From NCBI GenBank assembly GCA_038250865.1, contig JBBSBW010000031.1:8260-72259 (forward strand): a stretch of 64,000 nucleotides of DNA, written 5' to 3'. Both the position numbers and the translations under genes were made by a program. The notes beneath the pieces are model-generated. The model was not told the origin of the DNA, did no database searches, and worked only from the letters and a program-made list of their open reading frames with translations. Below are positions 47,687 through 55,800 of the stretch, in pieces (positions within the stretch are counted from its first letter, which is position 1; each line of letters starts with the position of its first letter). Origin of the DNA: Thermoanaerobaculia bacterium (lineage in GTDB: Bacteria; Acidobacteriota; Thermoanaerobaculia; Multivoradales; UBA5704).

Positions 47687-49916
47687 GCCGGAGGCTCCCA
47701 CTCAGTCCTCGGCCTTTCACCAACTGCATTCGAAGATCCAGCGTTGGATCTGGCGGACAGGCTGGTCGGAGCTGCGCGATATCCAAGAGCAATCGATCCC
47801 GGCGATCCTCGGCCGGGAACACGACCTCGTGATCGCCGCAGCCACCGCCGGCGGCAAAACAGAGGCCGCTTTCCTTCCGATCCTGTCAAGCCTCGCCGAC
47901 GATTCCGGAGGCAGCATCCGGGCCCTCTACGTCAGCCCCTTGCGCGCGCTCATTAACGACCAGTTCCGGCGCCTGGAGCTGCTCTGCCAGGAATTGGAGA
48001 TTCCCGTGCACCGCTGGCACGGGGACGTAGGGGCAGGGCAGAAACGCAAGGTGCTCACCGCTCCGGCGGGCGTTCTCATCATCACGCCCGAGTCGCTGGA
48101 GGCCCTATTCGTCCTCCGAGGACACGAGGTTTCGCGCCTGTTCCACCAACTCGACTACGTCGTGGTCGATGAGCTGCACGTCTTCCTCGGTACCGAGCGC
48201 GGCGCACAGCTCCAGTCGCTTCTCCATCGGCTGGAGCTTGCCGTGCGTCGCCGCGTGCCTCGAATCGGCCTTTCTGCAACGCTCGGCGATCCCGGTCTCG
48301 CCTGCGAGTTTCTGCGTCCCCGCCAGGGAGAGGCCGTGCAACAGATCCATTCGACCGCGGCCGGGCAGGAGCTGCGACTCCAGGTGCGCGGCTATCGCAG
48401 GCTGGCTCCGCCTCTCTCGCCCAAAGAAGCCGAGGCCCGGAGGGTGGCCGGCCAATCCGTCACGCCCGAGGAAGTGACCGAAGGCGATGTGTCTTCCATC
48501 GCCCACCACCTCTTCGAGCACTTACGAGGCGGCCACCACCTCATCTTCGCCAACACCCGGGGCCAGGTTGAGAAGTTCGCCGATTTATTGCGCCTTCTCT
48601 GCGAGCGCCACCGAGTCCCCAATGAGTTCTGGCCGCACCATGGCAGTCTTTCCAAGGAGCTCCGCGAGGAAGCCGAGGCGGCGCTCAAGGATCAAACCCG
48701 CCCGGCCAGCGCCGTTTGCACCTCGACTCTCGAGCTGGGCATCGACATCTCGGTAATCCACAGTGTGGCTCAGGTTGGACCTCCTCCTTCGGTCGCGAGC
48801 CTGCGGCAGAGGCTGGGACGTTCCGGCCGCGCCGGAGATCCGGCGATCTTGCGGGCCTATATCCAAGAGAGTGCTCTCGACCCGAAGACCCCTCCCCATG
48901 CCTCGCTGCGCACAGATCTGGTCGAGACCATCGCAGCGATCGAATTGCTTCTCGCCGGCTGGTGTGAGCCCCCCGACCTGCGAGGCCTTCACCTCTCGAC
49001 GCTCGTGCAGCAGGTCCTCTCGATCATCGCTCAGCTGGGAGCGGTTCGCGCCGACCAGGCATGGCGGGCGCTCTGCGACAGCGGTCCTTTCTTCCGAGTC
49101 GATCAGGCACTCTTCACTCGCTTCCTTCGCTCTCTCGGAAGCAACGACTTGATTCAGCAGGACCACTCCGGAGAGCTGGTTCTCGCGGAGCTGGGCGAAA
49201 AGATCGTGAACCACTACAGCTTCTTTGCGGCCTTCAGCAGCCCCGAGGAATACCGAGTGGTCGCCGGAGGCCGCAACCTAGGAAGCGCTCCCTTCTCGGA
49301 GTCTCTCTTTCCCGGTCGACACGTCATCTTCGGCGGTAGGCGCTGGGTGGTGGTCTCCGTTGACGATCGAGCCAGAGTCGTCGATCTCAAACCCGCCGCG
49401 GGCGGCCAGCCCCCTCCCTTCTCGGACCGAGCCGCCCCGGCCATCCACGACCGGGTTCGAAAGGAGATGCTGCGGATCTACACGACCACCGACCTACCGC
49501 GCTATCTCGACGCCACCGCCCGCGAACTCCTCGCCGAGGGCAGAGAGAATTTTCGCCGCTATCTTCTCGATGAGAAATCCATCATCCAGTACGGGGATCG
49601 GTCTCTCTACTTCCCCTGGGCCGGCGATCGGTTGATGGACACGATGGTGGTCTGGCTGGCGAGCGAAAAGATCGAAGTCATCCGGGAGGGCGTCGCCCTG
49701 ATCTTCGAGAGGATGGCGCCGGAGCAGGTGGATGAGCAGCTGCGGAAGATCGCGACCGAAGAGCCACCGAACGCGGTTGACCTCGCCAAAAGCGTGGAAA
49801 ACAAAGTGCGGGAGAAGTTTCACCCCTGGCTGGAGGATGAGGTGCTGGCGGTGGATTATGCGGCAGGGGTGCTGGATGTGGAAGGGGCGAGGGCTGGAGT
49901 TTCGCGGTGGACCTGA
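47658..49916 (+). CDS. sngC: Lhr-like DEAD/DEAH helicase, Shango SngC-like
   Basis: ATAGGKTE, VDELH, SAT, HHGS, TSTLELGID and QRLGRSGR; overlaps the sngB end. Confidence 0.88.
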   Translation: MTTLPLSGSEPEAPTQSSAFHQLHSKIQRWIWRTGWSELRDIQEQSIPAILGREHDLVIAAATAGGKTEAAFLPILSSLADDSGGSIRALYVSPLRALINDQFRRLELLCQELEIPVHRWHGDVGAGQKRKVLTAPAGVLIITPESLEALFVLRGHEVSRLFHQLDYVVVDELHVFLGTERGAQLQSLLHRLELAVRRRVPRIGLSATLGDPGLACEFLRPRQGEAVQQIHSTAAGQELRLQVRGYRRLAPPLSPKEAEARRVAGQSVTPEEVTEGDVSSIAHHLFEHLRGGHHLIFANTRGQVEKFADLLRLLCERHRVPNEFWPHHGSLSKELREEAEAALKDQTRPASAVCTSTLELGIDISVIHSVAQVGPPPSVASLRQRLGRSGRAGDPAILRAYIQESALDPKTPPHASLRTDLVETIAAIELLLAGWCEPPDLRGLHLSTLVQQVLSIIAQLGAVRADQAWRALCDSGPFFRVDQALFTRFLRSLGSNDLIQQDHSGELVLAELGEKIVNHYSFFAAFSSPEEYRVVAGGRNLGSAPFSESLFPGRHVIFGGRRWVVVSVDDRARVVDLKPAAGGQPPPFSDRAAPAIHDRVRKEMLRIYTTTDLPRYLDATARELLAEGRENFRRYLLDEKSIIQYGDRSLYFPWAGDRLMDTMVVWLASEKIEVIREGVALIFERMAPEQVDEQLRKIATEEPPNAVDLAKSVENKVREKFHPWLEDEVLAVDYAAGVLDVEGARAGVSRWT

Positions 49917-49924
49917 CAGCTCGC

Positions 49925-50099
49925 TTACGGCCCAAGAAGAAACCATCCCGTTCGGATAGGTGGACACGGTGCGGTTTCCATTCGGGTCGAGCGTGTAGCT
50001 CATGGCGCTATCTTGGGTGGTTCGGCCGTATCGACCAAAGCGTTAGTCTACGTTCGATCGGGGGCGGAAAATTGTCGTCAATCGACCCTTGGCACCACT
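49925..50099 (-). pseudogene. RHS/YD-repeat remnant
   Basis: One frame reads SGAKGRLTTIFRPRSNVD*RFGRYGRTTQDSAMSYTLDPNGNRTVSTYPNGMVS, a YD-repeat pattern with an internal stop. Confidence 0.65.
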
Positions 50100-50146
50100 A
50101 ACGCTTCTTTAACACCTCACTAGGGAAACACAAGGAAAGGGATCGA

Positions 50147-51064
50147 ATGTCTTTTGACACTGATGAATATGAGAGGGGTCAACGAGATGGGGCTAACTCG
50201 TCAACGCTTGGCGAATTGGGAATAGCACTAAACATAACTTCATCCAAGCATTACGTTTTGGGATTTCAGAACGGAGCTGCAAACAAAAGACGCAATTCCT
50301 GGACTTCATCCCCTGAAAGTGCAACAAGCCATGACTTCGGCGACGGAGCTGCCTCTACAATATTACTATTTTGTTTATTTATATGTGCTGCATTCGTCAC
50401 TGTTATCCAATGGATTATCCTAATAGCACTTTGGATTTTTAGCAGCCCACGGCGAGTAGCTGTCGGCCTGCTACTCGCCGTAGTGATCGTAGTCTTAAAC
50501 AGCCTGCCATACAAACTTCCACCCTACCTGGACCTAAGCGTTGCACCGGTAGCATTACCGACTCTACTTGCACCCGTCGAGGTTCCGCGCCCGCTGGCAG
50601 CATCAGAGTCCCAGCCAATTGCAGAGACTTCGGCACTATCAAATCCAACATTCGTTCCTCTTGGGCACTTTTCTGATGGCACGTATGAAATAGAGCTTTA
50701 CCGGGATGACGAAGCAAGCAGTCAGGTTATTGGACTGATCATATCTTTTTCTCCAGATTCCACCAAAATAACCGTGGGAGAGATTTTGGATGTCGTTGGA
50801 ACTGGTAGCGACGGACCACTTAGTTTCAGGACAACGTGGGCAGACTATATGCCTTATTTCAGAGGCAGCCTCAAAGGGGACGAAATCGAAGGCGACTACG
50901 AAACGTCCTTCGAGCGAGAACCGCGGCATATAATCTTTCAACGAGTAGAAAATCCAACCACTACCGGTGTGTATGCCAATCGAGAGGAGTGGTCTAAACA
51001 TCTCGCCGAACTACTCGCGTGTTGTGGGCAAGATGCGAGGCCTGACGAACCCACTGATCAGTAG
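50147..51064 (+). CDS. AT-richer orphan membrane protein (2 TM)
   Basis: AAGG RBS-like sequence, 305 codons, two hydrophobic helices, Pro-rich linker; visibly lower GC than the flanks. Confidence 0.7.
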   Translation: MSFDTDEYERGQRDGANSSTLGELGIALNITSSKHYVLGFQNGAANKRRNSWTSSPESATSHDFGDGAASTILLFCLFICAAFVTVIQWIILIALWIFSSPRRVAVGLLLAVVIVVLNSLPYKLPPYLDLSVAPVALPTLLAPVEVPRPLAASESQPIAETSALSNPTFVPLGHFSDGTYEIELYRDDEASSQVIGLIISFSPDSTKITVGEILDVVGTGSDGPLSFRTTWADYMPYFRGSLKGDEIEGDYETSFEREPRHIIFQRVENPTTTGVYANREEWSKHLAELLACCGQDARPDEPTDQ

Positions 51065-51388
51065 GAGTTTCGGCAAGACCTCTTGCTTCTCACTCATGTA
51101 GGAGAATGGCAGGGGTACTCCGGCGTTTACACCGATGCACGGCCAGCTCATCAACTTGACCGCGCCGGGCCTGTTCGACGGGGAGTTCCTCATGTTGGCA
51201 ATCGTCTCGCGGCTCTACCCGTGTTTACCGTCTCCCAGCCACCAAAGTCGGTTTGCGGGCTTTTCAAGATAAGGATGCCTAGGAGCGCGACCCCGGACCT
51301 CAAGGCTCTGGACCACCAAGCTGATCGCGCCGTATCCGATCTCATTCCGTAGAATGCCGGCATCGCTTCTCCTCTCAGAACGCTTAGT

Positions 51389-54300
51389 TTATTCAGACAC
51401 CTTTGGGTGCGCAGAGTTCCCACTCAGCGCCCGCCCCAAATCGATCGCCCGCACAAACCCCTCATCGCCGTCGACGCAAACCATCCCGTCCTCCCCCACC
51501 CTTGCACCCTCCGTCAGATAGTCCCCAGGTCGGCACGTAAACACCAGAATCTGGAAAATACGGGCCTTTTCCGCCAGCAGCCCCCGGAACCATTCCATCC
51601 GGACGTCATCGCTCTGGACGAGCTGGTCGTCGAGGACCACGGTCGTCTGGAGATACTCCCCGAGGCACAGGCGGTAGAGCGTTGAGAGCTGTTCGCGTGT
51701 TCCGACGGACATGCGATCGGGAGATCGAACCTCTCCTGCTACGAACACCCCTTCGGTACTCAGATCGGCGGAGAGGTGGACGTTTTGATAGCGCTGGCGG
51801 GTCAAGGCCTCGAACCGTCCGGCGATAGCCGGCGCGAGGGCTTGGCCGAGGTTGCTTGCCTGATCGGCGTCCGCTTCCTTCATCTGTTCCAGCAGCAGCT
51901 TCCAGGCCTCGTAGTCCGTCTCGATCTCGTAGTCTTGTTGCTCGGCCAGTTCGAACGCCTCGACCGCTTGGCGCAAGCGATCTTTCGCGATGGCGCCGCC
52001 GACCTGCTGGAGCCTGCCTTGCGTAGTCAGAATCTCCTCGGTGAGGCTTGCGAGGGCCTGCCGCGCCTTCGCCGAGACTTCCGTCGCGAGGGTGACCTCT
52101 TCGGCGCTGATCATCCGCTCCGGCACGGGAAGGGCGTCGTGCCGATCCGTGGTTTCGCGAAGCGCGCACTCGGCGGTCGGGAGATCCTCGGCTGCGCGCT
52201 GTCGGCGGCGCTCGACCAGCCTCCCCTCTTCGTTTGAATGATCCGCGATGGCCTTTGAGAGAGACTCCTGTGCGGTTTCGACGCCGCGCTGGGCCTCATC
52301 CACCGCATCCCGAACCTGTGCCAGAACGGAATCGATCTCGCTTTTCCTGGCAGCCATCCGGGATTGCAGGGAGCGCAGCTCCGTTGCCACTCGCTCTCGA
52401 TCCTCCTCGGCAGCTCGGAGACTCGCCTCGGCAGCCGCGATCTCAGAAGCCAATCCGCAGGGAAAGGCCAGGAGCGCGGCATCCCGATCCGCCCTCGCCG
52501 CTTCCAAGGTTGACCGCAGAGCCCGAGTGCGCTCCTCCGCCAAAGCCTGGGCGGTGGCCGACTCCTGAACCGCTGCTCTTGCCGCCTCTGCATCGCGCGT
52601 GGCCTGCTGCCGGCGGGCGCGGAGAGACGCGCTCGGATCGGGACCCAGCAGATCGAGATCGGAGGCGAGCGTTTCCACCGTCTCGTCTTCAAGCGCGAGA
52701 CGGCAGGCCGCCGAGCGTTCGGAGGCCTCGCGGAGTGTCTCGGCGGCGCCGGAAAAGCCGGCGAGCTGGCGCCCCAGGGATTCCAGCTCGACATCGATCG
52801 ACTGGAGTCGGGAATCCAACTCCTTCGCTTCGGTCATTTTCTCTTCGAGCCCTTCCAAATCTTCCACCCCGGCCGCCACCAAATGCGGGAGAACCTCGGC
52901 GGCCCGGCGGCTCTCCAGGGCGCGAGCCCGATCCTGCGCTTCGCGGCGGCCACCCCGCACCCGAACAGTCGCCAAATCGGCGATATCCACTTCCGCCTCG
53001 GCATCCGCTTCGATGACCAAAGGCCGGGCGATCGTTGTGGGGACTACGGCCACACCGTCCTTCCGAACCTGTAGGGCAACGAGCGAAGTGGGGATCACCG
53101 TCATCACAAACCCCACCTCCAAGGCACCTCGCGCGGTGGCAAGCTCCGTTTCGAGCTTCCGCAGGGCTGGAAGGATCGCCGCGCCTGGCACCACCAGGGC
53201 CGTTCTCCGCTCGGCAAGATCGGCCCTCTCTGCCGCAATGCGCTTGGAGTCTGCGTGAAGAGCCGACTCCCGCTCGACTTCGGCGCGGGCGCTCGCGACT
53301 GTGCGCTCTGCGATCCGCGCTTCTGCGCCGCGTTCGAGCACCTCGCAGCGCCTTAACGCATCGTTCGCCGACGTCTCGGCCTGCGTGGCTTCGGCCCGCC
53401 GTTCGCGCGCGCTTGCGGCTTCGGCCTCTTTCTGGCGGTGCTCTTCTTCGACTCGGTCGGCGGCTTGCACCTTCTCCTGCACCCGGATCGCGGCTTCGAC
53501 CCGTCGGCGAGCCGCTTCCACCGCCTGCTCCGCGGAGAGCTTCTGCAATTCAAGACCTTGGCGGGCGACCGTTTCGGCCATGTCGGAGCCCGTTGCGCTC
53601 GCCTGTTCCTCGGCGGAAACCAGGGCATCGCCGGCCGAGGCTGCCGCCGCTTTCCCAGCCTTCAAGTTTTGCTCCGCCTGTTCCTTGGCCGCCGCGAGAT
53701 CCCGGACTCGCTGTTCCGCTTCGGCCACGGCCTGATCGATCCCCTGGATACGCGCAACCTCCGCGCGCGCGGATTCGACCGCTTCCCCAGCCACCTCACG
53801 CGCGATGACCTGACCTGCCAGGAGCTGAACGGCCACCAAGCGTTCCTCCGCGGCGGCAAGCTCCCCTTCGGCGTGGGTCCGCTTCTGATAGAGATCCTTA
53901 AGGTGCGCCTCCACCTCATCCGACTCCTCGACGATTTTTTCGAGGCGCTCCTTTTCTTCTCGGGCTTCCTTCACCCGATCCGCGGCAATCTTGAAGACGC
54001 TCCCCCGAGCCGTCTTCTTGGCACCCTTGTCCGTGAACGCCTCGTCTCGTCGGGCTTGGGCCTGACGGAGCAGAGCCAGGAAAAGGGAGTCCTGTGCCAC
54101 GGCTTCTAACGCGGCCGCAATTTGGCTCTTCCCGCTCAGAGTGCCGTCGTCCCGCAGGCTGCGGTTCAAAACATCGGTCACGTTGGCCTGCGTCGAAAGC
54201 AACGCGGTGGCCAAGAAACTCGTCGGAAGCCCCTTGCCCGCCCCCGATCCGCCCGGCTCGGGAATGCCCCATCGAAGGATGTCCCGAAGTTTCGCATCGA

Positions 54301-54640
54301 CCTTGCGCGCGCGTTCGACGTCTTCGAAGTCCACTCCGTTCCTCGACACTTGGAGCAGCGACGAACCGCGCTTGCCGAACTGTTTCCGGACGCGCCAGAT
54401 CCTCTGCGGCTCCGTCTCGAACGTCAGCTCGACCAACGGATCTTCGCCCCCAGACCAGGGGATGTAGGGTTCGCAGGCGGTCGAGGTGTGGGGAAGCAAC
54501 AGCGCCAGGCGGATCGCATCCGCAAGCGTTGATTTGCCGATGTCGTTGGGGCCATAAAGAACGTTGAGCCCTGGACCGAACGCAAGGTCCACGTCCGGAA
54601 TCGCGGCAAAATGCCGAACGAGCAGCCGGTGGAGCCTCAC
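51389..54640 (-). CDS. Rad50/SbcC/YhaN-like ABC ATPase with long coiled coil
   Basis: GTG start. Walker A GPNDIGKST, long Ala/Glu/Arg coiled coil, signature MSVGTREQ, Walker B/D-loop VLDDQLVQSD, FTC. Confidence 0.9.
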   Translation of the reverse strand: MRLHRLLVRHFAAIPDVDLAFGPGLNVLYGPNDIGKSTLADAIRLALLLPHTSTACEPYIPWSGGEDPLVELTFETEPQRIWRVRKQFGKRGSSLLQVSRNGVDFEDVERARKVDAKLRDILRWGIPEPGGSGAGKGLPTSFLATALLSTQANVTDVLNRSLRDDGTLSGKSQIAAALEAVAQDSLFLALLRQAQARRDEAFTDKGAKKTARGSVFKIAADRVKEAREEKERLEKIVEESDEVEAHLKDLYQKRTHAEGELAAAEERLVAVQLLAGQVIAREVAGEAVESARAEVARIQGIDQAVAEAEQRVRDLAAAKEQAEQNLKAGKAAAASAGDALVSAEEQASATGSDMAETVARQGLELQKLSAEQAVEAARRRVEAAIRVQEKVQAADRVEEEHRQKEAEAASARERRAEATQAETSANDALRRCEVLERGAEARIAERTVASARAEVERESALHADSKRIAAERADLAERRTALVVPGAAILPALRKLETELATARGALEVGFVMTVIPTSLVALQVRKDGVAVVPTTIARPLVIEADAEAEVDIADLATVRVRGGRREAQDRARALESRRAAEVLPHLVAAGVEDLEGLEEKMTEAKELDSRLQSIDVELESLGRQLAGFSGAAETLREASERSAACRLALEDETVETLASDLDLLGPDPSASLRARRQQATRDAEAARAAVQESATAQALAEERTRALRSTLEAARADRDAALLAFPCGLASEIAAAEASLRAAEEDRERVATELRSLQSRMAARKSEIDSVLAQVRDAVDEAQRGVETAQESLSKAIADHSNEEGRLVERRRQRAAEDLPTAECALRETTDRHDALPVPERMISAEEVTLATEVSAKARQALASLTEEILTTQGRLQQVGGAIAKDRLRQAVEAFELAEQQDYEIETDYEAWKLLLEQMKEADADQASNLGQALAPAIAGRFEALTRQRYQNVHLSADLSTEGVFVAGEVRSPDRMSVGTREQLSTLYRLCLGEYLQTTVVLDDQLVQSDDVRMEWFRGLLAEKARIFQILVFTCRPGDYLTEGARVGEDGMVCVDGDEGFVRAIDLGRALSGNSAHPKVSE

Positions 54641-55800
54641 CGCACCCCTCCGGGCAGATCGTCTTGCTGTTGCAGAAGCTTGTAAAGGTGGGTCAACGCA
54701 CGGGTGGCCCTCTCCTTTTCGGCCTCGACCATCGAGCCTTCGACGATCCGGTTGAGACGGGCGACCGTATCCTCAAGCACCGGCGGCAGGTCGGCGGGGA
54801 AGGCGTCGGCGGAGCCGGTTTGCACCCGCAGTTTCGTCCGGTCCACGACCAGGATGCCGGCGCGGCCGTGGGTTGCATCGGTTCCTTCCAAATCCCGGAC
54901 GATTCGAGTCAGCTCGCTCTCTTCCGCCAGCGTGACCGTCATGTCCAGATGAAGCCGGACCACGTGGCGTTCGAGATCCTGCCGAGTCAGCAAAGACCGA
55001 AGCTCGTTCATGTCGCGGCACCGCACGTCGATCCAAGTCCAAGAGGCCACCGACGCCGCTTCGACGCGGGGGCGGCGTGAACCCTGTCGGAACAACGCGA
55101 CGACCGCCACTTTGCCGCTGCCCGGTTCGTCGAAATTCGTCGGCTCTGGAGTTCCCGGATAGACGGTCGGCACCGATAGATTCGGCGTAACGTCACGAAA
55201 CGAGTGGGCATCGCCGATGGCAAGATAGTCGAGACCGCGCAGGACTCCCGCCTCTCGACGGATGGGGAAGTCGGTCTCGTAGCCGGGCATATCGAACGTG
55301 CTGCCATGAACACAGCCGATGCGGAGCCGAGAATCACCCGCCTCCCGCTCAGGCAGGGCCATGGCCGGATCATCCTGTCCGGCCGTCGATCGGCACGGTT
55401 GGGCGTACAAGACCGCCTCCGGTGTGATCTCGTAAGAGAAATCGTCCCGATCCACAACATGAACCCCTGCAGGTAGAGACGCGCGAAACGGATGCTTGGC
55501 GGACCACACCGATCCCTCTTTGAGCGGATCGTGATTGCCTGGCACGAGGAACACCGGCGCCTCGATCGGGTGATCGTGGAAGATCTTGGCGAGCCCCGCC
55601 CAGAAGTCCGGAGCCGGCGCCTGGTCATCGAACAGATCTCCTGCGCAGAGGACGGCATGGACCCCGTGGCGCCGCGCCAATTCGAGAATCCTGACAACGA
55701 CGTCCATCCGTGCCCGCGAGAGTTTCTTCTGCGCCTCTTCCGGAAAGGTCGGGAAACGCCGGCCCAGGTGCCAGTCCGCCGTGTGCAGGAGCTTCAACAT
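54637..55800 (-). CDS. Mre11/SbcD-like metallophosphoesterase nuclease
   Basis: Start MLKLL; HTADWHLG, AGDLFD, PGNHD, VHG, GDAHS and YPGTPE; GTGA overlap with the ATPase gene. Confidence 0.92.
   Translation of the reverse strand: MLKLLHTADWHLGRRFPTFPEEAQKKLSRARMDVVVRILELARRHGVHAVLCAGDLFDDQAPAPDFWAGLAKIFHDHPIEAPVFLVPGNHDPLKEGSVWSAKHPFRASLPAGVHVVDRDDFSYEITPEAVLYAQPCRSTAGQDDPAMALPEREAGDSRLRIGCVHGSTFDMPGYETDFPIRREAGVLRGLDYLAIGDAHSFRDVTPNLSVPTVYPGTPEPTNFDEPGSGKVAVVALFRQGSRRPRVEAASVASWTWIDVRCRDMNELRSLLTRQDLERHVVRLHLDMTVTLAEESELTRIVRDLEGTDATHGRAGILVVDRTKLRVQTGSADAFPADLPPVLEDTVARLNRIVEGSMVEAEKERATRALTHLYKLLQQQDDLPGGVR

Noticed and set aside
46331-49916. BREX system (BrxD/BrxHI-like genes)
   Set aside because: No pglZ, brxC or pglX-type set; the TerB-domain partner fits Shango better.
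51083-51352. 89-aa ORF, or alternative frame MHGQLINLTAPGLFDGEFL, as a real gene
   Set aside because: No convincing start or family motif and the frames break; at most a decayed fragment.
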